From positions 1 through 38,338 of the forward strand of contig JBEKXL010000022.1 of assembly GCA_049512075.1 (NCBI GenBank): a stretch of DNA of 38,338 nt, given 5' to 3'. The notes beneath the pieces are model-generated. The model did not search any database, had not been told where the DNA came from, and saw only the letters and a list, made by a program, of their open reading frames with translations. The position numbers and the translations under genes were made by a program. Shown here piece after piece: positions 9,766 to 19,898 of the stretch. The stretch is from Candidatus Bathyarchaeia archaeon. Lineage in GTDB: Archaea > Thermoproteota > Bathyarchaeia > Bathyarchaeales > Bathycorpusculaceae. Within the stretch, counting starts at the first letter, position 1, and every line of letters begins with the position of its first letter.

Positions 9766-10860
9766 ATGTTCTGTTTGCACGCAAGTGGGGGTTTGGCGTT
9801 GACTTCGAAGGTCGCTGTAGTTGAATTCGATGGAGAAAACATGGCTTCGTTGAAGCGAGCTTTCGACCTGATCGGGGGGATAGCTGACCTGAATGTTGTG
9901 GAGAGACCTGTGGTGATTAAGGTTGGAGTTTTCAGTCAGAAGGCAGAGAACCATGCATCGGTAAGCCTAGTTGACGCAATCATTCATCGCTTTGACAAGG
10001 CTCCAAAGATATTCGTTGTCGAATCTGACAATTACAGGGGTACTGGTTCAGAGAGGCTTCAAATCTGGAGGGAGCTTTACACGGAGCGAATAGTTCCCTT
10101 CAACCTTTCAGACGACTCGGATGTCAGAAAAGCGAAGATTGTGGGCCAGCAAATGGAACTGTCGCACCTGCTGTTCAAGCCCAACGTGTTGGTCGACACA
10201 CACATACTGCGTTCCTTTGAGAGTGGAAGCATCCTCAAGAACCTGTTCGGGTGCATATTGGATTCGAAGAGAATGAAATATCACAAGGTTCTTCCCACGC
10301 TTCTCGCAGATGTTTATGAGGCGATAGGCGGGGTAGACCTTGCCGTGCTTGACGGGACGTACCTCTGGCGCGGTGCAGGAGATGCTCCTGTACGAATGAA
10401 CACTGTGCTTGTTGGGAGAGATGCAGTTGCCCTGGAGACGGTTGGAGCGACTCTTGCTGGCCTTAATCCTCAAAAAATGCCAGTCATACAGGAATTTGTA
10501 AAGAGGGGTCTCGGAGAAGGTTCTCTGGAGAACATTGAGGTGGTGGGGGCTTCCCTTGAAAGTCTTCGGGAAAAATTCTCGTCCGCTGCAAAGGCTCAGA
10601 AAAAGCTTCGCGTCCGGGGCAGTGGTCCTCAAACGTGGGGTGGTCAAGCGAATCGTGCGTTTAGAGGCTTGATTCGAGAGGGATTCTTCAAGCAACCCGA
10701 TGGAAGAATAATAGAAAACGTGGTCGAGGCCTTGAAGGCCCGGGGTCTCTCGGTTGAAGATAAGCAGGGCAAAATCATGAGTTTTCTTACTCGAAGGGTC
10801 AAGAAAGGAATTTTGAAAAAATCTAGGAATTCGAATGGAATGGTTTGCTGGACAGAATAG
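9766..10860 (+). CDS. DUF362 domain protein with a C-terminal wHTH-like extension (likely start TTG 9799)
   Basis: VVIK, IFVVES, LKNLFGCI, LAVLDG, GRDAVALE, GLGE pattern. Confidence 0.8.
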   Translation: MFCLHASGGLALTSKVAVVEFDGENMASLKRAFDLIGGIADLNVVERPVVIKVGVFSQKAENHASVSLVDAIIHRFDKAPKIFVVESDNYRGTGSERLQIWRELYTERIVPFNLSDDSDVRKAKIVGQQMELSHLLFKPNVLVDTHILRSFESGSILKNLFGCILDSKRMKYHKVLPTLLADVYEAIGGVDLAVLDGTYLWRGAGDAPVRMNTVLVGRDAVALETVGATLAGLNPQKMPVIQEFVKRGLGEGSLENIEVVGASLESLREKFSSAAKAQKKLRVRGSGPQTWGGQANRAFRGLIREGFFKQPDGRIIENVVEALKARGLSVEDKQGKIMSFLTRRVKKGILKKSRNSNGMVCWTE

Positions 10861-10985
10861 TTAGGCTCAGAAATCGCGCGTTTTTTCACATGAACTTGAA
10901 TAGAGGATTTTTCTAGAACAAGGTTCCACAAGCAATATGTATTTCTTTGCTGTGAGCGAAGCATCAGGAGAAGGGAAAAGGATAG

Positions 10986-11031
10986 GGGAAGAGGCAGAAG
11001 GAGAAGGGAAAAATTTTTCGTGCCTCTTCCC
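10986..11031. terminator. 11-bp inverted repeat between convergent genes
   Basis: GGGAAGAGGCA (10986-10996) pairs with TGCCTCTTCCC (11021-11031). Confidence 0.4.
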
Positions 11032-11117
11032 TTAACCTTTGACAACACTCTTTGCAGCTTTCTATTTAATCTTTGGCATTCAACCTTGAAATCATCATTT
11101 GGCAAAAGCAGGCGCTC

Positions 11118-11645
11118 TCATGTGGACGTCAGTTGAAAACGGTATACTACAAGAGGAATCTTCTTTCCCCAAGGAGATTTCAACACTTCCTCTTTCACTT
11201 TCTTGAAACCATTCTTCTCGTAGAATGCTCTAGCGTGAGCTTCGTCCCTTCCAGCTCTGACAATGATCGTCTTCGCCCTCTTTTTCTTTTGGTCTGCAAT
11301 AGCTCTCTTCAGCAGTTTGGTGCCTATGCCCATTCTTTCGTACTCTGGAAAAACCACGATACGGTCCAGTTCCACTGTTGCGGAACCATGTCCTATGACC
11401 TGAGCAAAGCCCAGTATTTCGTGCCTATTCTTCAAAGCCAGATGGAAAGTTGCCTTTCCTGATCGAGCTGCATCTACTAGAGCTTCTTCCGAAAAAGCCT
11501 TTTTGACATATTCCTCTGGAATGCCAAATTTCACAACGTTGTCTTGGTAGAGCTTGCCATTCTTGTCTTCCAGAAGTTTCTCAATTTTCCTGCTAAGAGC
11601 CTTGATTCCGTTCTCGGTTGCTTTGCAAACATTAATGGGTTCCAT
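11118..11645 (-). CDS. GNAT family N-acetyltransferase
   Basis: VFPEYERMGIGTKLL acetyl-CoA motif; ARAFYEKNGF. Confidence 0.9.
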   Translation of the reverse strand: MEPINVCKATENGIKALSRKIEKLLEDKNGKLYQDNVVKFGIPEEYVKKAFSEEALVDAARSGKATFHLALKNRHEILGFAQVIGHGSATVELDRIVVFPEYERMGIGTKLLKRAIADQKKKRAKTIIVRAGRDEAHARAFYEKNGFKKVKEEVLKSPWGKKIPLVVYRFQLTST

Positions 11646-11724
11646 CTGAACGCACGAGTTATTTTGTTCGCAACGGTTCTAATAGCTTGTGGCATTTTTC
11701 CCACCGTAGCATAGAAAATCTGCG

Positions 11725-12255
11725 TTATTTTGAGGATGTTTTTGTCAGTGTTTTTGGTTCTTTCCATTCTTCTCTAAGGATGCTGTACATGCAGTCGTCT
11801 CTCCATTTTCCTCTGCAGTAGAAGGTTTTTCTCAGGACTCCTTCTCTCTTGAATCCAGTCTTCTCGAGAGCTTTCCATGATGCCGTGTTTTCTGGGTCAG
11901 CTTTGGCTTGAATCCTAACCGCATCTTTTGAGAGGAATAGGTAGTCGACTATTATCGTGATGGCTTCGCTGACATATCCCTTGCCTCTTTCACTTGGTAC
12001 AATGAAGTATCCAAGCTCTATTTCTCCTGCTGACAAAAAGTGGGCTATGAAGCCGATTTTGGTTCCGTCCTTTTTCTCCACAAAAAACCACTGTGCGTCT
12101 CTGAGATTGTCGTAAGTCTTTTCTAAATCCGTTCTTGTCTCTTGTCTGAATGGCTCATATTCACCCATGAACTCAGGATTGTTGTCCCATTCCTGTAAGA
12201 CTGGCAGATCTTCTCTCTCCATTATTCTAAGGTTCACGTTGTTTCCTTCAAGCAA
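11725..12255 (-). CDS. RimJ/RimL-type GNAT acetyltransferase
   Basis: ELGYFIVPSERGKGY, ENTASWKALEKTGFKREG, YSILREEW. Confidence 0.92.
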   Translation of the reverse strand: MLEGNNVNLRIMEREDLPVLQEWDNNPEFMGEYEPFRQETRTDLEKTYDNLRDAQWFFVEKKDGTKIGFIAHFLSAGEIELGYFIVPSERGKGYVSEAITIIVDYLFLSKDAVRIQAKADPENTASWKALEKTGFKREGVLRKTFYCRGKWRDDCMYSILREEWKEPKTLTKTSSK

Positions 12256-12459
12256 TACGCAACACCACTGTACACTGTGTCTCTAGTCTTCTTTCCTTTC
12301 GAAAACTCTTATATGTTATCCTGTAAACGAGGAAAGAACGGATAATTCAGCCAGTGGCGCCTTCATCGAACCTTAGCGCGCGCCCGAATCAGAACCTCAA
12401 ACAGAAACGTATTATATTTTGATACGATATCCTCTAGCGCATCAGTCTGAGGGTAGATT

Positions 12460-14250
12460 ATGCAATTTACAACTAGACCAGTTTTGATGGGAACTAATGG
12501 CATGGTTACTTCGACGCACTATCTTGCTTCTCAAGCTGGATTCTGCAGCCTCAAGCGGGGAGGCAATGCTGTTGACGCCGGAGCCACCATGTGGTTCTGC
12601 CTAACCATCCTCGAACCACATCTAGTCGGCGTCGCAGGCGAATCGCCCATCCTAATATACTCAGCTGACGAAGAGAAAGTGATCGCAGTCAACGGTCAAG
12701 GTCCAGCCCCAAAAGCAGCCACCATAGACTGGTTCAAAGAACACGGCTACGATCTGATCCCTCCAGACGGTTTCTTGCCGGCTGTCGTTCCCAGTGGCTT
12801 CGACACGTGGGTCAAGACCTTGGACAAGTTTGGAACCATGACGCTCGAAGAGGTTCTGGAACCTGCCATAGAGTTGGCAACTAAAGGTTTTCCAATCTAT
12901 CCGGAGCTTAGAAGAAGCTTAACTGAACCTAATCAACAGGTCGGCTATTCCATAAACGGGAGCAAAGTGAAATCACGACCGTTGAGCGTTGCTGAAAGAT
13001 TCCTTGAAGAATGGCGTTCTTCAGCCGAGATATACCTCGTTGAGGGACAGGTGCCTCTGGTTGGGCAAGTTATCCGTAATCCGGAGTGGGCTCGCACTTT
13101 TGAGGAGGTTGTGAAGGTCGAGAAGAAAGTTCGAAAAAACGGACGCGAGGCAGGTCTACAGGCAGCCCGAGACTATTTCTACTCAGGCCCCATCGCTCAG
13201 AAAATAGTCAAATTTATGCAGACTTTCGAGTGCCGAGACGTCTACGGCAAAGAACATCACGGTCTTCTCAGCCTAGAAGACTTGGCGGAGTACAGTGCGC
13301 GTTTCGAAGAACCGGTCACGGTCAAGTACCACGAGTATGACGTTTACAAGTGTGGACCTTGGACGCAGGGTCCAGTGCTACTGCAGCATCTGAATCTGCT
13401 CGAGGGTTTTGATCTGCGACAGATGGGTCACAACACGGTTGACTATCTTCACACGTGGGTTGAGTGCGCCAAACTTGCGTTCGCCGACCGCGAACAATAC
13501 TACGCTGACCCTGACTATGTCAAAGTGCCCTTGGATAGGCTTCTTTCAAAAGAATACGCTGACCGTCGCCGCACGCTCGTTGATCCATATCATGCATCTA
13601 TGGAGCTAAGGCCGGGGGGAAAGGCGCCTGCCAAACTGAAACCTGAAAATGTAGGGCAATCAGAGGGTGACACTGTGCATTTGGAGGCTGTGGACAGGTT
13701 TGGAAACATGATTTCCGCAACGCCCAGTGGCGCTTGGATTTCCACTTCGCCTATAATACCTGGCTTGGGGTTCTGCATGAACACTCGGGCTCAAATGTTC
13801 CATCTTGACGCCAGCCATGTCGAAAGATTAGAGTCGGGCAAAAAGCCGAGCACTACTCTAAGCCCCAGTCTGGTAATGAAAGAAGAAGAGCCTTACTTGA
13901 CCTTCGGCACTCCTGGAGCCGATCAGCAAGATCAATGGACCCTCCAATTTTTCCTGAATCACGTGGACTTTGATATGGACATTCAACTTGCTTTGGATAA
14001 GCCGACTGTTCACTCAACTCACTTTCCTGGTTCATTCTGGCCTCACGCGGCTCACCCTGGAGTCATGCACGTAGAACCAGGTATATCGGAGGAGGTGATT
14101 CTGGGACTCAAGAAGAAGGGACACAAAGTAATCGTGGACGAGCCGTGGAGCCACGGTCGCTGTTTGGCCATTCAGTACGATGTCAACACCGGGGTAATAT
14201 CTGGTGGAGCGTCGCCCCGTGGAATGAAAGCCTACGCGATAGGATGGTAG
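12460..14250 (+). CDS. ggt: Gamma-glutamyltransferase-family Ntn-hydrolase
   Basis: GGNAVDA, KLAFADR, GD|TVHL (Thr nucleophile), TLSP, FGTPGADQQ, GGASPR. Confidence 0.9.
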   Translation: MQFTTRPVLMGTNGMVTSTHYLASQAGFCSLKRGGNAVDAGATMWFCLTILEPHLVGVAGESPILIYSADEEKVIAVNGQGPAPKAATIDWFKEHGYDLIPPDGFLPAVVPSGFDTWVKTLDKFGTMTLEEVLEPAIELATKGFPIYPELRRSLTEPNQQVGYSINGSKVKSRPLSVAERFLEEWRSSAEIYLVEGQVPLVGQVIRNPEWARTFEEVVKVEKKVRKNGREAGLQAARDYFYSGPIAQKIVKFMQTFECRDVYGKEHHGLLSLEDLAEYSARFEEPVTVKYHEYDVYKCGPWTQGPVLLQHLNLLEGFDLRQMGHNTVDYLHTWVECAKLAFADREQYYADPDYVKVPLDRLLSKEYADRRRTLVDPYHASMELRPGGKAPAKLKPENVGQSEGDTVHLEAVDRFGNMISATPSGAWISTSPIIPGLGFCMNTRAQMFHLDASHVERLESGKKPSTTLSPSLVMKEEEPYLTFGTPGADQQDQWTLQFFLNHVDFDMDIQLALDKPTVHSTHFPGSFWPHAAHPGVMHVEPGISEEVILGLKKKGHKVIVDEPWSHGRCLAIQYDVNTGVISGGASPRGMKAYAIGW

Positions 14251-14324
14251 ACCCCTGCAAGATCCGAGAGAACCTTTGCAGAAAAATCGTAAAATCGACA
14301 CTAGGCTTATTAGATTGCGACAGC

Positions 14325-15449
14325 ATGGAGCTGGATGTGAAAAGTGTGATACCAGAATATGACCAGTTGAATTGGGTCATCATTCATGGCAGAGGAGTGC
14401 TTAACACTGGTCACGCGGGTACGTTCGCTCGCATTCTGGCAACTGCGGGCGTGGTCTCAGGACGAGAATCGTATTATTATATGAGATATGATGACTCTCC
14501 TGAACGGGATAACATACCCATGATTTTCTACACTGTCATGGGTAACCCTCGAATAGACGTCACCTTGCACGAAGAGGTTGAGCCTGTCGGAGAGGTTTTC
14601 AGCGCCATAGTCGTGATGGAGCCCACGATACTCGTCAGCCAGACTTCTCAGAGGGCGTTGCTGTTCGACGGTGCGAAGAAAGACGCTGTTCTTGTTGTAA
14701 ACACATCGTTATCGCCGAAGGAAATCACACGATTGGTGAAGAAGAGGTGCCTCGCGCAGGACTGGTGTGGAAAACTAGTTACGATAAGAGCCAGAGAGTA
14801 CGATGCTAACATCGCGTTTCCTCTGTTAGCCGCGTTGGTAAAGGGTTGGAGTGTTGTGAGCCTCGATGACTTACTGGATGCGCTTGATTCCGCTGGGCAC
14901 GGAGACAAGACTGGTTTGGTGAAAAGAGTCTATTCTGATGTGGAACCGGTTGAGGTCAGAATCAATGCGAAGGAAACGATGATGGCGCAGACTAGAAAGT
15001 CAAAATCATCCTGCAAATTCAAAAAGGGAACGTGGGATTCGGAGACGTACCGGAGCTACCAAAAGGCCGCGGCCGAAGCATTATCCTACGCCGAAAGAAT
15101 AAAAGCGATGCCGCCGTGGCAGGCTTTGTCCCCTGGGCTGATCGAATTCGGCCCTTCCCAGAATAAGAAAAACGTGGGGTTCACAACCTCTTTCGCTAGA
15201 TTCCTCAGACCCACGATAGATAAGAGCAAGTGTACTGATTGTAAGATGTGTTCTCTTTACTGTCCAGACGGTGCAATCGACTCCAAGCGCATTGAGGTAG
15301 ATTTGAACTATTGTAAGGGTTGCGGCATATGTGCGCGGATGTGCCCCTCGAAAGCTATAAACATGATAAGCGAACTGCTGGCGGAGGAAGGGCTGACTGA
15401 GAAGGAAATAACCGCGATTGAAGATGCACTCGTCGAGTATGGTTACTAG
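14325..15449 (+). CDS. 2-oxoacid:ferredoxin oxidoreductase gamma+delta fusion (oxalate oxidoreductase delta-like)
   Basis: HGRG N-terminus, LVVNT, two CxxCxxCxxxCP 4Fe-4S motifs; start placed at ATG 14325, after the GGT stop. Confidence 0.88.
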   Translation: MELDVKSVIPEYDQLNWVIIHGRGVLNTGHAGTFARILATAGVVSGRESYYYMRYDDSPERDNIPMIFYTVMGNPRIDVTLHEEVEPVGEVFSAIVVMEPTILVSQTSQRALLFDGAKKDAVLVVNTSLSPKEITRLVKKRCLAQDWCGKLVTIRAREYDANIAFPLLAALVKGWSVVSLDDLLDALDSAGHGDKTGLVKRVYSDVEPVEVRINAKETMMAQTRKSKSSCKFKKGTWDSETYRSYQKAAAEALSYAERIKAMPPWQALSPGLIEFGPSQNKKNVGFTTSFARFLRPTIDKSKCTDCKMCSLYCPDGAIDSKRIEVDLNYCKGCGICARMCPSKAINMISELLAEEGLTEKEITAIEDALVEYGY

Positions 15450-15452
15450 AAG

Positions 15453-16703
15453 GTGAAAATCGTGAGCACGCCGAAGACTGCTTCAAAATCTCTTACTAAA
15501 ACTGTGCCCAAGATATTCATGTGGACGGGAACGCGGGCAATAGCTGAAGCCGTGAAGCTTGCGGACGTTGACGTTATAGCTGCGTACCCTATTAGACCGT
15601 ACACTGGAGTCATGAACTCTCTGGCCAAGATGCTGGCTGACGGAGAGTTTGCCGCTGAGATAATAGGTGCAGATTCTGAACATTCACAGTTTGAAATAGC
15701 CAAACACGCGTCCGCGGTTGGAGCTAGAACCTTCGTAGGAAGCTCAGGCGTGGGCTTGACGTACGCGGCAGAACCGATAGTCGTCACGGCCATGGGACAA
15801 CTGCCCGTCGTCGCCATGGCCGGTTGCAGGGCTCTTGATGATCCGGGCAACTTCGGAATGGAATGGAACGATGTACTCACTTTTAGAGATCACGGGTGGC
15901 TTATGTCTTGGGCCAAAGATCCTCAAGAAGCCTTGGACATGACGCTGGTCGCGTACAGAGTCTCTGAAGACCGCAGGGTGCTTCTGCCAAGCTTTGTCGC
16001 AGTGGACGGCGCCGCGATAACACACATATCTGCTCCCGTCGAGCCGCCCAGCAGAGAAGGAGTTGCAAAGTTTCTCCCCCCGTACAAGCCTCAGTACCCG
16101 CTCGATCCAGCTTATGGACCTATAACTAAGGCACAGCACATAGCCCCTTCCCTCATAGGCCCCGAGCTTCGAAAAGTAGTGGATAACGCGATGGCACAAG
16201 CTAGGGAAGTGATCCAAGAAGCCTGGAAAGATTATGCAGGTTTCGTTGGAAGAGAGTATCCACCATTCATCGAGAACAAGTACATTGAGGATGCGGAAAT
16301 AGCCCTTGTGACCATGGGAGCCTATGCCAAAGACGCGGTGCACGTTGCCACAAAACTTCGACAAGAAGGCGTCAAGGTCGGCATCGTCAGGATGCGGTAT
16401 TTCCGACCCTTCCCACAGAGGGAACTTGCTGAAGCCCTGGGGAAAGTTAAGGCTGTAGGGGTGGTTGACTTTTCGTATTCTTTCGGCTCTGCAGACTCTT
16501 CAAGCGTGTTGTTTAACGAGGTTAGATCAGCATTGTATGAGAGCGGTTCACGTCCGCTGTTGATGGACTTCATGTTCGTCGGTGGTAGAGAGCCTTCTGT
16601 CGAGCATTTTGAGCAGGCTGTTAGACTGTTGCAGAAAGGTGCAGGGAAGGGAGCGGTTGAGAAACACGTGTGGTGGCCCACGCTGAGAGGTGAGAGTCCA
16701 TGA
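15453..16703 (+). CDS. 2-oxoacid:ferredoxin oxidoreductase alpha subunit (oxalate oxidoreductase-like)
   Basis: AYPIRPYT, SEHS, GSSGVG, FRPFP. Confidence 0.9.
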   Translation: MKIVSTPKTASKSLTKTVPKIFMWTGTRAIAEAVKLADVDVIAAYPIRPYTGVMNSLAKMLADGEFAAEIIGADSEHSQFEIAKHASAVGARTFVGSSGVGLTYAAEPIVVTAMGQLPVVAMAGCRALDDPGNFGMEWNDVLTFRDHGWLMSWAKDPQEALDMTLVAYRVSEDRRVLLPSFVAVDGAAITHISAPVEPPSREGVAKFLPPYKPQYPLDPAYGPITKAQHIAPSLIGPELRKVVDNAMAQAREVIQEAWKDYAGFVGREYPPFIENKYIEDAEIALVTMGAYAKDAVHVATKLRQEGVKVGIVRMRYFRPFPQRELAEALGKVKAVGVVDFSYSFGSADSSSVLFNEVRSALYESGSRPLLMDFMFVGGREPSVEHFEQAVRLLQKGAGKGAVEKHVWWPTLRGESP

Positions 16704-17683
16704 GCGAACGGCCTTTGATCAGAGCCGTCAGAGACGTTCCTTCAGTAGACCTGTACACGAGTGGTCACAGAACGTGCGCTGGCTGCGGGGCAGCCTTGGG
16801 TTACCGTCTGTTGCTTAAGGCGGCGGGTCCCAAAACGGTGGTTCTCGGCCCAACCGGATGCATGTACGTGGCGAACGGGCATCAGTTCTTGTCCTCGCCC
16901 TATTCCGTGCCTTGGTATCACACTCAGCTTGGTGCTGGAGGAGCTGCAGGCGTTGGAACGGCAGCGGCTTTCAGAAGTCTGATGATGAAGGGGAAGAGGA
17001 AGAAGGAAGACGTTAACGTCGTTGTCTATGGTGGAGACGGCGGAACCGGCGACATGGGGTTCTCAGGGTTATCGATGGCCATGGGCTACGATTACAAGAG
17101 GTTTCTGTACGTACTGTACGATAACGAATCATACGCCAACACGGGGATTCAGGCGTCAAGCACAACTCCCTGGGGAGCTTCGACAACGTTCACGCCTGTG
17201 GGCAAAATAAAAAGAATTGGCAACCTGAGAATGAAGAAGAACGTGGCCTTGATAATCGCCGCACACCCTGGTGTTAGATACGTTGCAACTGCTACGCTGT
17301 ACCCCCCTTTGGACTTCATCAACAAGACGAAGAAAGCCTTGGAGGCCGAAGGCCCAGCGTTTATTCATCTGCTAGTCCCCTGCCCGAAGGGCTGGTTCAC
17401 CGATCCAAAGTACACGCTGGACCTGAGCAGAAGCGCTTTAGAGACGGGGCTCTGGGTCTCATGGGAGTATGAAAACGGAGAATTCAGCTTGACCTATAGG
17501 CCGGAACCAAGAAAACACGTGAAGGAATATCTGAGAATGCAAAAAAGGTTCGAACACCTGACCGACGACAAAATTGAAGAAATAGAAAGAATGACCGCCA
17601 AAGAATGGGATTACTGGAAAGAGATGGACGAGCAGAAAAAAATGATGATTCCTTGGGTAGCTCCACCGTGGCCAGCATCCTAA
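16700..17683 (+). CDS. 2-oxoacid:ferredoxin oxidoreductase beta (TPP-binding) subunit
   Basis: GHRTCAGCG, GPTGCMYVAN, GGDGG...DNESYANTGIQ, PCPKGW. Confidence 0.92.
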   Translation: MSERPLIRAVRDVPSVDLYTSGHRTCAGCGAALGYRLLLKAAGPKTVVLGPTGCMYVANGHQFLSSPYSVPWYHTQLGAGGAAGVGTAAAFRSLMMKGKRKKEDVNVVVYGGDGGTGDMGFSGLSMAMGYDYKRFLYVLYDNESYANTGIQASSTTPWGASTTFTPVGKIKRIGNLRMKKNVALIIAAHPGVRYVATATLYPPLDFINKTKKALEAEGPAFIHLLVPCPKGWFTDPKYTLDLSRSALETGLWVSWEYENGEFSLTYRPEPRKHVKEYLRMQKRFEHLTDDKIEEIERMTAKEWDYWKEMDEQKKMMIPWVAPPWPAS

Positions 17684-17697
17684 GGAAGTAGCGCATG

Positions 17698-18468
17698 CTA
17701 GGTTCGCTTCCTTCTTCTGATCAAGAACACGACAAGTACTACGAGAATCGCTGCCAAAACCCCTATGATCAGGTAGCGTGATACGCCGGCAACCTCTCGC
17801 CAGTTGGCGCCTAGGTACACGCCTATATAAATTAGAAAGGCGTTCCAGAATAGACACCCACCCGTTGTGTATGCGACGAACTTCCGTAGCGGCATCTTCA
17901 CCGCGCCTGCCGGAAATGATACCAGTGTTCTGAACCCCGGGATCATGCGGCTCAGAAATACGGCGAGGCCACCGTATTTGCTGAACCACCTCTCGGCCAT
18001 TTCGAGACGTGCTTTGTTGAAAAGGAGTCTGTCCAGAGCTTTTCGCCGGGCGAGCAGGTTTGCTCCCTTCATTCCAATGTAGTAGTCAACCAGCGAACCC
18101 GTTATTCCTGCAAGAGTTGAAACCCCGATGGTTATCCAAACGTTGAGCAGACCTTGAGAAACGAGGTAGCCGGAGAACGGAAGTATGACCTCGCTTGGAA
18201 TCGGCAGAGAGCTCGCCTCAAGCAACATCAACAAGAAGATTCCTGCATACCTCCAAGACGAGACTGTTGCGGTAACCCTCTGCGTAAGCGTCACTATAGC
18301 GTTCAATATCATAGCGAGGGGTGTACCTGTGAACGAGCCTCCCTCGATCAAAGTGTCTTCCAAGGTATCCAACAAAATGATTGCAATCACAATGGCAACT
18401 ATCGCTAGAAGCAGCAGCTGCGGTGCCTTTCCTTTCAGTCTCTCAAGATTTTTTTGAGGCTTCAACAA
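17698..18468 (-). CDS. DedA family membrane protein
   Basis: LPIPSEVILPFSGY, RMIPGFRTLVSFPAG. Confidence 0.93.
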   Translation of the reverse strand: MLKPQKNLERLKGKAPQLLLLAIVAIVIAIILLDTLEDTLIEGGSFTGTPLAMILNAIVTLTQRVTATVSSWRYAGIFLLMLLEASSLPIPSEVILPFSGYLVSQGLLNVWITIGVSTLAGITGSLVDYYIGMKGANLLARRKALDRLLFNKARLEMAERWFSKYGGLAVFLSRMIPGFRTLVSFPAGAVKMPLRKFVAYTTGGCLFWNAFLIYIGVYLGANWREVAGVSRYLIIGVLAAILVVLVVFLIRRRKRT

Positions 18469-18641
18469 GCATCCCTTTGTCTACGGACGAGATTGAAATT
18501 CGACCCATCACAGTTAGCGTCCTAGGAATAAGTGTGTAACACATTTGTGCGTCGTTCTACAATAATATACAATAAAAAATGCGTGTTCTAGCTTGATGCG
18601 ACTGTGTTTTCGTGTTGCAGTTAAAAAGGAACTAAAAAGGC

Positions 18642-18890
18642 TTATTGTTTGCTCATGTTCTCCGTTTTCAGTGCAGTGGCAAGTGTCATCCATACGTTTC
18701 GCAATATCTCGCGTTTCTGAGGAGAACGTTTCCCAGAATGATTGCTGTTCTCCGCTTTTTCGGTTTGACACGGTGTCAAGCCCCAACAGTTCATTTGTTG
18801 GGCTTGTCCCACTCCAACAAGAGCAAAGGGCAAGATTGCTACACTTATCGCTATCAGGAAAACCTTCCACAGTTTCATGTTTTTCATCAC
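18642..18890 (-). CDS. Putative small exported protein
   Basis: MKLWKVFLIAISVAILPFALVGVGQA signal-peptide-like start; two Cys in the mature part. Confidence 0.4.
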   Translation of the reverse strand: MMKNMKLWKVFLIAISVAILPFALVGVGQAQQMNCWGLTPCQTEKAENSNHSGKRSPQKREILRNVWMTLATALKTENMSKQ

Positions 18891-19083
18891 TCACTTAACA
18901 GAACCCGCCATATTCAACCATATACACACTTTCATGAAGAAGCCTGATTTCCAGTGCAACATTGTCCGAGCAGATTTGCCCAATTAAGATCAGCTTGAGC
19001 GCGCTGTCCTTTGTGTTAATCGCTCTTGGGCAGAATTGATATAAGCATTATGCAGTTCACCTTATTGTTGCAGGAAAGGGACG

Positions 19084-19749
19084 ATGCAAGCAAAAAGGGC
19101 CTTGTTGGTAGCAATTCTGCTGGTAATAGTGGCGGCTGCTGTCTTTGTGGGAACTCAAGTCTGGACGGGCTTCAACAGTGGAACGAGCCCATCACCGTAC
19201 CAAGAAATCAGGGAATACAATGGAACGAACCTCGGATCAATAAATGATTTTCAGAATGAGGCGATAGCGGGCACGCAGTACATCAACGTAAGCACTTACA
19301 GGCTTGTTGTAACGGGTCTTGTGAGTAAAGAAATGGTCTACACGTACGACGAAGTCGTTAACAATCACGCGCATTACGAGAAAGTTGTCACGCTCCACTG
19401 CGTGGAAGGCTGGCAAGTCACAGCTCTATGGGAGGGTGTACTTGTGAAAGATCTTCTGGAAGATGCTGGATACAATCAAACTGCTCAGGTTGTGATATTC
19501 TATGCCCAGGACGGATACACAACGAGTCTCCCCCTCTCTTACGTAATCAGCAACGACACGATGTTGGCCTACAAAATCAACGGTGTCATCCTCCCCCCAG
19601 AACGAGGCTTCCCCCTCCGACTGGTGGCTGAAGGCAAGTTGGGGTACAAGTGGATAAAGTGGATAACGAAGATCGAAGTATCTAACGACACCAGCTTCCG
19701 AGGCTACTGGGAAGGCTACGGATACAGCAATGATGCAAACTATCCATGA
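19084..19749 (+). CDS. Molybdopterin-dependent oxidoreductase (sulfite oxidase/MsrP family), membrane anchored
   Basis: LHCVEGW, DGYTTSLP, RGFPLRLV, GYKWIKWITKIE, GYWE..GY. Confidence 0.93.
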   Translation: MQAKRALLVAILLVIVAAAVFVGTQVWTGFNSGTSPSPYQEIREYNGTNLGSINDFQNEAIAGTQYINVSTYRLVVTGLVSKEMVYTYDEVVNNHAHYEKVVTLHCVEGWQVTALWEGVLVKDLLEDAGYNQTAQVVIFYAQDGYTTSLPLSYVISNDTMLAYKINGVILPPERGFPLRLVAEGKLGYKWIKWITKIEVSNDTSFRGYWEGYGYSNDANYP

Positions 19750-19898
19750 TCACTAGTTCCTTGTGCGTTTCTGCGAAGGCAAATCATTCACGGGCATGAA
19801 ACTACCAATTGCCACTGGCGCGCGTGCACATTGAGCATGCAGAATTGAGAGAATCTTTATGCGTTGGGCAATGTTAGCTGTGTGAAGGCAATGGGACG

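Noticed and set aside
14145-14324. N-terminal extension of the oxidoreductase ORF
   Set aside because: Overlaps the ggt 3' end; recognisable sequence begins after ATG 14325
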